Shown here one piece after another: positions 1 to 10,786 of a stretch of DNA of 64,000 nt (position 1 is its first letter; each line of letters begins with the position of its first letter). This DNA comes from Methanocaldococcus sp. 28A (GTDB lineage: Archaea; AGJL01; Methanococci; Methanococcales; Methanocaldococcaceae): the NCBI GenBank assembly GCA_049852185.1, contig CP187540.1. The stretch is one strand, 5' to 3'. The translations under genes and the position numbers were made by a program. The notes under the pieces are model-generated. The model was not told the DNA's origin and did not search any database. It saw only the letters and a list, made by a program, of their open reading frames with translations.

Positions 1-87
1 GAGGTGGGTGAGACAAACATAACTTTTATATACTCGAATTAATAAACTAACTTATGTCCCCGGTCCAAGTTATTAATGGGTGGGGTT
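1..87 (+). mobile_element. Partial second copy of the IS605-type omegaRNA mini-element (promoter and 5' part only; left end lies before the window)
   Basis: 1-87 is near-identical to the reverse complement of ~14469-14556. Similarity stops at GGGGTT, where IS701-like transposase sequence begins. Confidence 0.85.
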
Positions 88-611
88 AAACCTAAACTAT
101 CGATAAGTTTTAAGTTATCTTTACTTGAATACCAACTATCGAAACAGATATATCTAATATTTAATCCTTTATCCACTAAAGACTTTATTATCTCCCTACA
201 TAAATTATTTTTCGTCTTTCCATCTCTTGGTCTGTCATATACTCTAAAATCGATTGGAATAATATGTTTTCCATTTGTAATTATGCAATCAACAATATGT
301 ATGCCTTTAATTACTCGTTTATGTAGATTACTCCAACAATAATAAGCAAATTCAGTCGATTTAGAGTAAATTTTATCTATAACAAAGTCATCTATAACGA
401 CAATATTATAATCAGGAGTGATAAAATCTTTAACGAAATTAAAAAGCTTTTCTTGTGGGAAGATTCCTTCTTCCCAAAGTATTCTATTTATTGTATCGTG
501 AGATATGTCGATTCCGAAAATACGCAACGTTTTCGATAACTCTACACACGAATTAATCTCTGAAAGTAATATAAAAAGCATATAAACGATAGTCCTCGAC
601 ATTTTTAGCAT
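39..611 (-). pseudogene. IS701-family DDE transposase, C-terminally truncated
   Basis: Two catalytic Asp motifs are present and the third (Glu) region is missing. The last ~15 codons come from the adjacent mini-element. Confidence 0.75.
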
Positions 612-717
612 ATTTTCCCCAAAATAAACTTTTGTTTCGAAAAATTATAATATCTGATAAAAATAGATTATCATGAAATATTATAATAAATATTTAAATA
701 TGCTTGCAAAAGTCCTA
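88..717 (-). mobile_element. Truncated IS701-like insertion sequence (left TIR plus N-terminal two-thirds of a DDE transposase)
   Basis: ORF 611->39 has VIDDFVIDKIYSK and CFDSWYSS DDE motifs. TIR-like TAGGACTTTTGCA at 717-705 (minus). Confidence 0.75.
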
Positions 718-853
718 GAAGTAATTTAGTTTTTATGGCTCGAATAGTATTATAAACTATGACTTTACAGTATATTTCGTTTAATATTGCGTTGTAATTT
801 TTACATGACTACGTATATTACCTCGATTTTGACTCTAAATCGATAAATATTCT

Positions 854-945
854 TAGGATTTTCACACCATATATATTCCATAAAAAATATTATTTCTACA
901 TTCAAACAGTTATACCTTTTAATATTTATTTCTGAGAAAGTCCTA
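854..945. repeat. MITE family A (TIR TAGGACTTTCGCA), degenerate copy
   Basis: TAGGATTTTCACA ... TGAGAAAGTCCTA; the 3' part matches 1434-1474. Confidence 0.65.
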
Positions 946-1334
946 CACTGTGAATCTCATTTCTTTTCCTATATATAGTTGATTTCAATGACATGTCGTT
1001 GGATTTCAAATATCTTATATATGCTCTATCTGTAAGATTTAAATATCTTTAATATAATTAATAAATATAATTAATATATAATTTAATATAATTAATACTG
1101 CTATTGCTCTTGGATTACAACATAGTCTCCTAGTCTTATTGTTCTTTAATCTATATAGAAGCTCTCCATGACTTCGTATTCGTTATAATAGTTCTCTTTC
1201 AATTTTTTTTTGCTTCATATTCATTTATCTCTTCCTTATTTTTGTTATTTATCATTTATACTCTTTTTGTCCAAACTCTAGATAATTTTAAATTTTATAT
1301 ATTTCCATTAGCATTATAAGGTTGAGTTTCAAAA

Positions 1335-1497
1335 TAGGACTTTTGCACCTTATATATTTAATGCGGAAATAATATTTTTATGAAATATATGAAGCCATTG
1401 GCTTCAAAACTACATAAATATATATAAAAAGTGCATTCAAACCGTTATACCTTTTAATATTTATCCCTGCGAAATAATATCTACCTTAAAAGTTCTA
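1335..1497. repeat. MITE family A copy with internal palindrome
   Basis: TAGGACTTTTGCA ... TGCGAAA..AAGTTCTA; internal TGAAGCCA-T-TGGCTTCA. Confidence 0.7.
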
Positions 1498-1525
1498 TTT
1501 GAAAACTAACTTTAGTGGTGATAAA

Positions 1526-3499
1526 ATGAGTGAAACTCTATTTAAAGAATTTAAAGAACATTCAGTAGCTGAATTTTTTAGAAAAAATAAACACATGCTT
1601 GGATACAGTGGAAAGATTAAGAGTTTAACAACTATAATTCATGAATTGGTTACAAACAGCTTAGATGCTTGTGAAGAAGCAGGTATTTTACCAGATATAA
1701 AAGTTGAGATTGAGAAGTTGGGAGCTGACCACTATAAAGTGGCGGTTGAAGATAACGGTCCAGGAATACCTTTAGAATTTATTCCAAAGGTATTTGGGAA
1801 GATGTTAGCTGGTTCTAAGATGCATAGGTTTATTCAATCAAGAGGACAACAAGGAATTGGAGCTGCGGGAGTTTTGTTATTCTCTCAAATAACTACTGGA
1901 AAGCCATTGAAAATAATAACATCAACTGGAGATGGCAATATTTATGAAGTTGAAGTAAAAATGAATGTAGAGAAAAATGAAGGAGAAATTGTTTCAAAAA
2001 AAGTTAAAAAAGGAAAGTGGAGAGGAACAAGAGTAGAGGGTGAGTTTAAAGAAGTTAGCTACAATAGAGGAGAGTCTGGACCTTTTGAATATTTGAGGAG
2101 AATAAGTTTAGCTACACCACATGCAAAAATTATATTAAAAGACCCTTATGGAGAGGTTGTATTTGACAGGGTTGTTAATGAATTACCAAAAAAACCAGAG
2201 GAAATGAAACCCCATCCTTACGGTTTAACTACTGATGAACTTTTATACATTGCAAGAAAGACAAAATCAAAGAAAGTTTCTTCAATGCTTGTCTCTGAGC
2301 TTTCAAGGGTTACAACAAAAAGAATTAAGGAGCTTTCTACTTATATGCTTAGAGATTTGATATTAAAGAAATTTAAAGACAGTATATTTTGGAGCATGGT
2401 AGTTTCCTGTTATTTAGATATTGATATTGAGGGATATTTAAGTAAATTTAAAGATTATATTAGTAATGATGAGATAGATACAGTTAAAATGTTAATTAAA
2501 AATCTTCCAGAGAGCTTAGATGAGTTAAAGAGATATGCTTTAAAATATGTAACTATGGAGTATTTATTTAATAAGCTAAGTGAAGAAGAAATTAATAAAA
2601 TAAAGAATCAGTTTAAAAAAATTCCAGAGAACTTTATGGAATGGGCTGAAAAGAACTATTTATCAGCTACAGTTGTTGATGAATTAAACAAAAAAGTTAA
2701 AAACATTGTAAAACCTCCAGAAAATTTTATTGCTGAAATAAAAAATAAAGGGTTAATATCAGATGAAGAACTAAGAAAATTTGAAGAAGAGGTTAAAAAA
2801 ATTTTAAATAAAAATCCTAAGGAATTAACATGGGATGAGGCAGAGATGATTGTTAATTGCCTACAGAGTATGGAGTTCATGGCTCCACCAACAGCTGGCT
2901 TAAGACCAATAGGAGCAGAGAATATAGAAAAATCATTAAAAGAACTTTTACAGCCAGATTTTGTTAAGGCAATTACAAGAAATCCAAAAACCTATAAAGG
3001 AGGAATACCATTTGCTGTTGAAGTAGCAATAGCTTATGGTGGTAATGCAGGAAGGCAGAGTGATGAAGGAAGAAGAATGGAGATTATGAGATTTGCCAAC
3101 CATGTTCCTTTGCTATATGATGCTTCTGCTTGTGGATTAACTAAAGCTGTGAAAAGCATAAACTGGAAGAGGTATGGGTTGAGGGGAGAAGATGCTCCAA
3201 TAACAGTTTTTGTTAATTTAATATCCACCTTTATACCATATACTTCTGCAGGAAAGCAGGCAGTTGCTTGCAGTGAAAATGAAAATGAAGAGATTTATAA
3301 TGAAATTAGACATGCATTAATGATTTGTGGTAGAGAATTAGAGAAATATTTATCAAGAATTAGAAGAGAAGCTGAAGAAGAGAAGAAAAGAAAGTATGTT
3401 ATGAAGTATGCAAAAATATTTGCTGAGGCATTGGCTAATATACTAAATAAACCAGTTGATGAGATTGAGGAAAAAGTTGTTAAGTTGTTAGAATCTTAA
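1526..3499 (+). CDS. top6B: DNA topoisomerase VI subunit B
   Basis: GHKL motifs [23 protein letters not shown]; RFANHVPL and [13 protein letters not shown] at 1526 follows RBS GGTG. Confidence 0.97.
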   Translation: MSETLFKEFKEHSVAEFFRKNKHMLGYSGKIKSLTTIIHELVTNSLDACEEAGILPDIKVEIEKLGADHYKVAVEDNGPGIPLEFIPKVFGKMLAGSKMHRFIQSRGQQGIGAAGVLLFSQITTGKPLKIITSTGDGNIYEVEVKMNVEKNEGEIVSKKVKKGKWRGTRVEGEFKEVSYNRGESGPFEYLRRISLATPHAKIILKDPYGEVVFDRVVNELPKKPEEMKPHPYGLTTDELLYIARKTKSKKVSSMLVSELSRVTTKRIKELSTYMLRDLILKKFKDSIFWSMVVSCYLDIDIEGYLSKFKDYISNDEIDTVKMLIKNLPESLDELKRYALKYVTMEYLFNKLSEEEINKIKNQFKKIPENFMEWAEKNYLSATVVDELNKKVKNIVKPPENFIAEIKNKGLISDEELRKFEEEVKKILNKNPKELTWDEAEMIVNCLQSMEFMAPPTAGLRPIGAENIEKSLKELLQPDFVKAITRNPKTYKGGIPFAVEVAIAYGGNAGRQSDEGRRMEIMRFANHVPLLYDASACGLTKAVKSINWKRYGLRGEDAPITVFVNLISTFIPYTSAGKQAVACSENENEEIYNEIRHALMICGRELEKYLSRIRREAEEEKKRKYVMKYAKIFAEALANILNKPVDEIEEKVVKLLES

Positions 3500-3593
3500 A
3501 ATAGATTTTTTCTTAATTTTATTTTTTATGTAAAAAATTGTAATAATTGGTTAATATCTGATTTTTATCTGATTTTAAAAAAGTTTAAGTATT

Positions 3594-4141
3594 GTTTTCA
3601 AACTCCGTATCAGTCTTATTTTAACCAAAATTCAAATTATTTCATACATGATTTTTTAAGTGAATGTTTCCATACCGAATCGGTCTTATTTTAATAATAC
3701 TTGCGAATGAGATTAACAAGCTAAATGAGATACATACAGAACTCGTTTCCATACCGAATCGGTCTTATTTTAATTTGAGATATTAGCAACAAGAATTAGT
3801 TTTTTTTCGAGAATTTTACGAGGTTTCCATACCGAATCGGTCTTATTTTAATGGACTAATAATTGGTATAGATTACGATAGCGATATAGACGTTTCCATA
3901 CCGAATCGGTCTTATTTTAATGAGGTGGATTTTAATATAGATTTAGATAACAAAATGATTAGAATGTTTCCATACCGAATCGGTCTTATTTTAATCAAAG
4001 GAAGAATATGAAGTCCTCAATGGATTGTTTAGTTTCCATACCGAATCGGTCTTATTTTAATTAAAATAAAAGAATTTTCGATTTTAAAAACAAATAATTA
4101 TTTCATATTATGTTTCCATACCGAATCGGTCTTATTTTAAT
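3594..4141 (-). CRISPR. Orphan CRISPR array; repeat ATTAAAATAAGACCGATTCGGTATGGAAAC (30 bp); 7 intact repeats, 1 degenerate terminal repeat, 7 spacers
   Basis: Identical repeats start at 3666, 3745, 3823, 3892, 3966, 4032 and 4112, with a degenerate copy at 3594-3625. Spacers are 36-50 bp. Orientation inferred from the GAAAC 3' end, the degenerate distal repeat and the leader position. Confidence 0.97.
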
Positions 4142-4500
4142 AGGAGGCATTTTTTGAATTAAACGAAATTAAGCATTTTTAAATCTTTATTTTATAGGGG
4201 TTATATTACAACCCCCCAATTACCTGATTTCTTTATATACCCTAACTAATATAAATACTTTACGGTATTGTATTAATTAGAACAATAAAACCCCTAAATC
4301 TAAAAAATCAAATTATCTATCGGGGAAATCTAAATATAAAAATAATTATCTAAAATCTCCTAAAAATCTTACTAATTTAATACATCTAAATAAGTAAAAT
4401 GTTAAAAATAAACTACCCTTAGAAATTAGCTAAAAATCCTCAAAATAAAAAAATATTCCTTTAAAAATTTCTAAATTAAAAATAAAAAACTTTTAGCGTG
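4142..4500 (-). promoter_or_regulatory. CRISPR leader (extent approximate)
   Basis: AT-rich non-coding stretch next to the non-degenerate end of the array; TATA-like TTTATAT on the minus strand near 4250. Confidence 0.65.
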
Positions 4501-4580
4501 ATAACATTATACACTAAAAGTAATATAAATAAATCCATATAATTTATTTTACTTTAAGAAAATTTAAAGAGTGAAAATTT

Positions 4581-5405
4581 ATGTTTAAACATAAAAAAAG
4601 ATTGGGGCAATGTTTTTTAATAGATAAAAATTATGTGAATAAAGCAGTTAAGGCGGCAAATTTAACAAAGGATGACATAGTTTTAGAGATTGGATTAGGA
4701 AAAGGTATTTTAACAGAAGAGTTATCTAAAAATGCTAAAAAGGTCTATGTTATTGAGATTGATAAAAATTTGGAGCCTTATGCTAATAAATTAAAAGAAA
4801 ATTATGATAATATTGAAATTATATGGGCAGATGCAGTAAAAGTTGATTTAAATAAGCTAAATTTTAATAAAGTTGTTGCAAATCTTCCTTATCAGATTTC
4901 ATCACCAATAACATTTAAATTATTAAAAAGAGGTTTTGATTTAGCTGTTTTGATGTATCAGTATGAATTTGCCAAAAGGATGGTAGCAAAGGAAGGTACA
5001 AAAGATTACGGAAGGTTGAGTGTAGCAGTTCAAGCAAGAGCAGATGTTGAGATAATAGCTAAAATTCCTCCAAATGCCTTTTATCCAAAACCAAAGGTTT
5101 ATTCAGCGATAGTTAAAATAAAGCCTAATAAAAATAAATATCATATAGAGAATGAGAATTTCTTTGATAATTTTTTGAGGGCGATATTTCAACACAGAAA
5201 TAAATCTGTTAGGAAAGCTTTAATTGATTCATCTAAGGAATTAAACTACAGCAAAGATGAGATGAAAAAGATATTAGAAGAATTTTCCAATACTAACTTA
5301 GAACTAAAAAATTTAATAAATAAAAAGGTCTTTAAACTTTCAGTAGGAAGTATCGTTAAGCTTTCAAATGAATTTTATAAATTTTTGCAGAAAAGATTGG
5401 GTTAG
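4581..5405 (+). CDS. rsmA: 16S rRNA dimethyladenosine transferase KsgA/Dim1
   Basis: [34 protein letters not shown]. Confidence 0.95.
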   Translation: MFKHKKRLGQCFLIDKNYVNKAVKAANLTKDDIVLEIGLGKGILTEELSKNAKKVYVIEIDKNLEPYANKLKENYDNIEIIWADAVKVDLNKLNFNKVVANLPYQISSPITFKLLKRGFDLAVLMYQYEFAKRMVAKEGTKDYGRLSVAVQARADVEIIAKIPPNAFYPKPKVYSAIVKIKPNKNKYHIENENFFDNFLRAIFQHRNKSVRKALIDSSKELNYSKDEMKKILEEFSNTNLELKNLINKKVFKLSVGSIVKLSNEFYKFLQKRLG

Positions 5406-5411
5406 ATAGTT

Positions 5412-5852
5412 ATGAAGGTTGTAGTTGGAGGAACATTTGATATTCTACATAAAGGTCATAAAGAACTTTTAAAATATGCAGCTTCTTTAGGAAAATTGAC
5501 TGTAGGAATAACAAGTGATGAGTTTGCCAAAAAATATAAAACACATGAAATAAATGACTTAAAAACAAGAATAGAAAATTTGAAAGATTTTTTAGATAGC
5601 ATAGGGGCTGATTATGAAATTAAGGTTATAGATGACGCTTATGGGGATGCAATAACTGAAGATTATGACGCTATAGTTGTTACTCAAGAAACATTAAAAA
5701 ATGCTGAGAAAATAAATGAAATTAGAAAACTTAGGGGATTAAAACCATTAAAAATTATTGTTTTTAAGCATATAATAGCTGAGGATGGAAAACCAATATC
5801 TACAACAAGGATTAGGAAGGGAGAGATAGATGAAGATGGAAGGTTAAAGTGA
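5412..5852 (+). CDS. coaD: Phosphopantetheine adenylyltransferase (archaeal/eukaryotic type)
   Basis: [11 protein letters not shown] and ISTTRIR nucleotidyltransferase motifs. Confidence 0.85.
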   Translation: MKVVVGGTFDILHKGHKELLKYAASLGKLTVGITSDEFAKKYKTHEINDLKTRIENLKDFLDSIGADYEIKVIDDAYGDAITEDYDAIVVTQETLKNAEKINEIRKLRGLKPLKIIVFKHIIAEDGKPISTTRIRKGEIDEDGRLK

Positions 5853-5856
5853 TATT

Positions 5857-6771
5857 ATGGATGTCGTTCTAATTGTTTTAATTTTAGTTTTAGTAGGATA
5901 TTTTTCAAAGGTATTTGAAATTTTAAGAGAAGAGCATGCAAAAATTTTAAACAATATAGTTATCTATATAGCTATGCCCTCAACGATATTTTTAACTATA
6001 TTAAAAAATGTCTCTTCTTCTCAAATATTGGAGTTTTTAAAACTTCCAGTGGTTATTTTTCTATCTTGCTTATTTATTGGAATTTTAGCTTATTTTCTTG
6101 GAAAACATATTTTTAAACTAAAAGATGAAAAGCTTGGTGGGTTAATATTAGTTTCAATGCTTGGAAATACTGGATTTTTAGGATATCCTGTAACTTTGGG
6201 AATGTTTGGTGAAAGTGGTTTAGCAAGAGCAATATTTTGCGATTTGGGTGGAGTTTTTGCTACAATGCTATTGGGAACTTATGTTGGAATAAAGTTTGGA
6301 AAGAGTAAAAATAAAAATATTTTAAAAGAGATGGCTAAATTCCCTCCTTTAATAACTGGGATTTTTACAATATTATTAGTATTTTTTGGTTTTAGATTGG
6401 AATATATTCCTAATTTTCTCTTAAAATCTTTAAATTATCTGTCTTCAGCAACAGTTCCATTGATTATGATGTCTTTAGGTTTATCTCTCTCACCAAAAGC
6501 TTTAAAGTTTGGGGTTTTTTGGGGTATTGTAGCTTCTATATTTAGGTTTATTGTATCCCCAGCAACTGCCTTTACATTATCTGAACTAATCAATATAAAG
6601 GGATTAGATAAAAATGTTTTATTAGTTGAGAGTTCTATGCCTTCAGCAATGATGTGCCTTGTTTTAGGAACGTTGTATGAGTTAGATGTTAAGTTGATAG
6701 CTTCATCTATATTTATTACAACAACTTTATCTTTATTAGTAATTGCTATCTGGGGAGTGATATATGGATAG
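5857..6771 (+). CDS. AEC (auxin efflux carrier) family membrane transporter
   Basis: About 10 TM segments; GNTGFLGYP and SSMPSA motifs. Confidence 0.85.
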   Translation: MDVVLIVLILVLVGYFSKVFEILREEHAKILNNIVIYIAMPSTIFLTILKNVSSSQILEFLKLPVVIFLSCLFIGILAYFLGKHIFKLKDEKLGGLILVSMLGNTGFLGYPVTLGMFGESGLARAIFCDLGGVFATMLLGTYVGIKFGKSKNKNILKEMAKFPPLITGIFTILLVFFGFRLEYIPNFLLKSLNYLSSATVPLIMMSLGLSLSPKALKFGVFWGIVASIFRFIVSPATAFTLSELINIKGLDKNVLLVESSMPSAMMCLVLGTLYELDVKLIASSIFITTTLSLLVIAIWGVIYG

Positions 6772-6809
6772 ATTTAAGTTATATATAAAAAATCTAATTG
6801 CTTATTGTT

Positions 6810-6869
6810 TATATTGTGTGCAAACTATCTGCCCTTATAAAGGTTTATTTTATTTTGAAAACAACTATA
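6810..6869. repeat. MITE family B (TIR TATAGTTGTGTGCAAAA), short degenerate copy
   Basis: TATATTGTGTGCAAA ... TTTTGAAAACAACTATA. Confidence 0.6.
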
Positions 6870-6976
6870 GTTTGTTTATTAGTAGTTTTATAGTAATAAT
6901 TGCTTAACTGAATTTCCATTGTTTATTAGTTGTTTATATTCTCAAAGTCTTTATTTGCTTGGTAGAGGGAGTAGAA

Positions 6977-8038
6977 ATGCCAGAAGAAAAAGTAAAAAAT
7001 TATCTTGTTCTTGTTGTTGATATTGATGACGATATTGGGAGAAAAGCTGGCTTAAATACACCAATTTTGGGAAGAGAAGAGAATATAAAGGCATTGATAA
7101 AATTGGGTTTGGCAGACCCTGGAGATAGTGATGTTAATGCAATTCTTGGGGGTGTTAAGATTTACGATGAGTTAAAAGCCAGTGGAAAAGATGTAGAAAT
7201 AGCTATAATTTCAGGATATGTTGATGTTGAATCAGAGAAGTGTGCTTTAAGATTAAAGGAGCAAATAGACTTTCTACTATATTTGTATAATCCAGATTTT
7301 ATTTATTTGGTATCTGATGGAAAAGAGGATGAAATGATTTTAAAATACTTAGAATCAAAAAATGTTTTTGTTTGGAAAAAGAGAGTTGTTGTTAAACAGA
7401 GTGAAACCTTAGAATCCACCTACTATTTGATTCAGGAATTTATAAAAAAGACTATGGAAGAATACATCCCTTTAATTTTAACATTTATAGGTTTTTCTTT
7501 GATACTGTATGCAATATTTGCAGATATTGGATGGAGGATTGTTGTTGGAATTATTGGATTGTATATATTATCAGAGGGTGTTGGTGTTAGAAAGTTATTA
7601 GTTGAGAAAATTAAAAATAAAGAAGAGTTTTCTGTGGGAAGAGTTTTCCCAATATCAGCAACTATATCTCTATTTATATTAATTATTGGATTTACATACT
7701 CAATAAGCTCAACGCATCAATTAACAACACTAAATGAGTTTATAGGAAAATTTTTACTACATTTCGTGGATTTTATGGTTTTAGCTTTGCTAATTTTAAT
7801 GGTTGGGAAGTTTGTAGATAATGTTATACATTCTGAAGAAGAACTATTAAATATATTTAAAAAATATTTTTTCTATCTAATAGGTATATTCATTACAAGA
7901 GAACTAATCATTAATGGCGGAAACTATTTGTTGGGAAAAATTGGATTTATATCATTTGTTATATGTATTATACTCTACATCTCTATTACAATTATCCTTT
8001 CCGTCATATTATTTACTAAAAGTTCAAACAAGGATTAA
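6977..8038 (+). CDS. DUF373 family membrane protein
   Basis: N-terminal VDIDDDIG..DPGDSDVN motif followed by a multi-TM C-terminus. Confidence 0.8.
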   Translation: MPEEKVKNYLVLVVDIDDDIGRKAGLNTPILGREENIKALIKLGLADPGDSDVNAILGGVKIYDELKASGKDVEIAIISGYVDVESEKCALRLKEQIDFLLYLYNPDFIYLVSDGKEDEMILKYLESKNVFVWKKRVVVKQSETLESTYYLIQEFIKKTMEEYIPLILTFIGFSLILYAIFADIGWRIVVGIIGLYILSEGVGVRKLLVEKIKNKEEFSVGRVFPISATISLFILIIGFTYSISSTHQLTTLNEFIGKFLLHFVDFMVLALLILMVGKFVDNVIHSEEELLNIFKKYFFYLIGIFITRELIINGGNYLLGKIGFISFVICIILYISITIILSVILFTKSSNKD

Positions 8039-8066
8039 ATTTAATTAAACATTACAAAGGGCTAAC

Positions 8067-9020
8067 ATGATTACAGTAATTGCTATAACTAAGGATGGTA
8101 GTATTGTTGAGCCAAAATTTGATGATATTAATTTTGAAGATTATAAACTTATTTGGATTGATAGTTATGACCCAAAAGATGAAGAGCTATATAAGCTCTC
8201 TAAAAAAATTGGCATTCCAGTTTCTGATTTACAAATTGGTTTAGATGAACAGGAAATTCCAAGGGTAGAGGAAGATGAGGATTTTTATTTAATTATTTAT
8301 AAAGCTCCATTATTTGAGGAAGATATTACTACCACATCTCTTGGAATCTATATCAAAGATAACGTATTGCTAACAATTCACACAGATAAAATAAAGGCAA
8401 TTGGAAGATTACATAAATTGATATTATCAAAAAAACCAAGGATTATGTTTGAGAGAGGGATAGGCTTTTTGTTATATCATATACTAAATGAGATTACAAG
8501 AAGTTATTCAAGAATTTTAATTGGTTTAGAGGATGAATTAGAGGAGTTGGAGGATAAATTATTGATTGGATATGATAGAATAGTTATGGAAAATATATTA
8601 AGTTTAAGAAAAACTTTAGTTTATTTTCACAAATCTTTGATAGCTAATAGAGATGTTTTAGTTTTGTTAAAGAGGAAATATCTTCCAATAACTACAAGAG
8701 AAGATAGAGAAAACTTTGAAGACCTATACTATGACACTTTACAGTTGATTGATATGTCAGCAACTTATAGAGAGGTTTTGACATCAATGATGGATATAAC
8801 TCTCTCATTAGAAAATATAAAAATGAACCAAATTATGAAAATTTTAACTATGGTTACTACGATTTTCGCTATTCCTATGTGGATTACAGGGATATATGGG
8901 ATGAATTTCACTTATTTACCTTTAGCAAACAATCCTCAGGGTTTCTGGATTATACTGGCTTTTATGATAATTATTATCCTATCATTTGTCTATATATTCA
9001 GAAAGTCAGGATGGATTTAG
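8067..9020 (+). CDS. corA: Magnesium/cobalt transporter CorA
   Basis: YGMNF signature between two C-terminal TM helices. Confidence 0.95.
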   Translation: MITVIAITKDGSIVEPKFDDINFEDYKLIWIDSYDPKDEELYKLSKKIGIPVSDLQIGLDEQEIPRVEEDEDFYLIIYKAPLFEEDITTTSLGIYIKDNVLLTIHTDKIKAIGRLHKLILSKKPRIMFERGIGFLLYHILNEITRSYSRILIGLEDELEELEDKLLIGYDRIVMENILSLRKTLVYFHKSLIANRDVLVLLKRKYLPITTREDRENFEDLYYDTLQLIDMSATYREVLTSMMDITLSLENIKMNQIMKILTMVTTIFAIPMWITGIYGMNFTYLPLANNPQGFWIILAFMIIIILSFVYIFRKSGWI

Positions 9021-9029
9021 AGGGAGATA

Positions 9030-9302
9030 ATGATTATTTGGCCAGCATACATTGACAAAAATAAAAGTAGGAAAGAGGGTAGAAGAGTTCCAGAAGATTT
9101 AGCTATAGAAAATCCAAAATTGGAAGATATTGAGAAAGCATTAAAAAAACTTGGGTTAGAACCAATGATTCATAGAGAAAAGAGATATCCAAGACAACAT
9201 TGGGAGATATGTGGATGTGTGGAAGTTGATTATAAAGAAAATAAACTGCAACTGTTAAAAGAGATTTGCAAAATCATAAAATCCTCAAGAAAAAATAGAT
9301 AA
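9030..9302 (+). CDS. srp19: Signal recognition particle protein SRP19
   Basis: IIWPAYID..SRKEGRRVP..KRYPR. Confidence 0.95.
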   Translation: MIIWPAYIDKNKSRKEGRRVPEDLAIENPKLEDIEKALKKLGLEPMIHREKRYPRQHWEICGCVEVDYKENKLQLLKEICKIIKSSRKNR

Positions 9303-9316
9303 ATAAGAAATATTTT

Positions 9317-10150
9317 TTATTGTGGTTTCTCCATCAATGCTTTTTTACTTAATCTTTTTCCATCTCTACTGTGTGGTTTTCTGCTAACTGCATCCATTGC
9401 TTTCTCCAATTCTCTTGCTTCATCTACCAATTTGGCAGCATATCTAATCATTTCATGAGCAGAGGCAACAATTGGAATATATTTCTCTGCCTCTTTTGTC
9501 ATAAAGCATCCTTTAACATCAACATCTCCAACTTTTTCAGCAATAACAAATGCCGCCATTGCCTTTGCCTTTGCGTAAGGGTTGGTAAATTCCATTGCCT
9601 CTACTGCTTTTTCTTCATTGATTACAATTCTTGGAAGCTCTGGCTCTTTACCTTCTTTAATTGCATCAATAACCTTATCTATAGCCTCCTGGACAATTCT
9701 TAAAGCTCCAGTACCTGCTACAACTCTTATAACATCTGCATTAAACATCGCCATTTCAACAGGGTCTAAAAACTCTCTTCTTGCACCTATCATTGGGTCA
9801 CATTTTACAATTATATATCCTAATCCCTGCTGTTCCATCTCATCTTTAACTCTCAAACCTGGAGCATCACCAATAATTATTGTAGGAATTCCTGATTTAC
9901 TTAAAATTTCTCTTGCCTTTTTTGGACCAGGTGCAGCTGGATTTGGGCCAATATATATAATAAAATCAGGTTTAATGTCTTCAACCATCTTTTTAGTAAC
10001 TTCTTCAACTGACTCTGGGTCCATTTTAGCTCCACTACCTAAAACTCTAACTGCTATATCTTTCCTATCAGCTCTCTCATCTAATGCCAAATCAATAACT
10101 GGAGAGACACCTATGTTACCACATTTTATTATTCCTATTTTTACTACCAA
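9317..10150 (-). CDS. mtd: F420-dependent methylenetetrahydromethanopterin dehydrogenase
   Basis: KCGNIG..DERADR..GSGAKM; DPMIGARREFLDP. Confidence 0.97.
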   Translation of the reverse strand: MVVKIGIIKCGNIGVSPVIDLALDERADRKDIAVRVLGSGAKMDPESVEEVTKKMVEDIKPDFIIYIGPNPAAPGPKKAREILSKSGIPTIIIGDAPGLRVKDEMEQQGLGYIIVKCDPMIGARREFLDPVEMAMFNADVIRVVAGTGALRIVQEAIDKVIDAIKEGKEPELPRIVINEEKAVEAMEFTNPYAKAKAMAAFVIAEKVGDVDVKGCFMTKEAEKYIPIVASAHEMIRYAAKLVDEARELEKAMDAVSRKPHSRDGKRLSKKALMEKPQ

Positions 10151-10520
10151 AATATCACCTCTTTTAATAAAATTATGTATATTAGTATTATTAATACAAA
10201 GTCCAATAAATATTTTTTTATTTATGATATAAATATTTATTGAAGAATTATTATTAGAAATTATATATTAGTTTAATAAATATATGACATTAGAAAGTTT
10301 AATGTAGCAGATTAAAATAAAAATCTCTATAAGTTTTATATCACTTATTTACCAGCATTTATTACAATCTTAAGATTTTTATTGCTATGTATATTAGATA
10401 AATTTTAGCATATTTGCTCTGTATCTAAGGTTGTCGAAAAATTGAATTTGGTTGGATAATTAGAAAGAGTTTTAAAAATGCACTAAACAAAAACTATCTA
10501 AAATAGAAATAGGAGGACTT

Positions 10521-10604
10521 TATAGTTGTGTGCAAAATGCAATAAACTTTTATAATTATAAATACCTTATTATTTTATTTAAAATAGTTTTGCACACAAC
10601 TATA
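10521..10604. repeat. MITE family B
   Basis: Perfect 17-bp TIRs TATAGTTGTGTGCAAAA / TTTTGCACACAACTATA. Confidence 0.85.
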
Positions 10605-10673
10605 ATTTTTTACATACTTTTTTATATAAACAAACCAAAAAATAAAAATACGTTGGGCTTTTACATTTTTAAA

Positions 10674-10765
10674 TAGGACTTTCGCACTTTAATATACTTA
10701 ATAAGGAAAATATGATACCAAAAACATTAGACCTACCTTTAATATTTATTTCTGCGAAAGTTCTA
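10674..10765. repeat. MITE family A
   Basis: TAGGACTTTCGCA ... TGCGAAAGTTCTA. Confidence 0.85.
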
Positions 10766-10786
10766 TTTAGTTAGCTGGTGGTTGTA

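Noticed and set aside
3626-4111. Self-targeting of CRISPR spacers to IS or MITE sequence in the window
   Set aside because: Only short AT-rich similarities found by eye; no convincing match.
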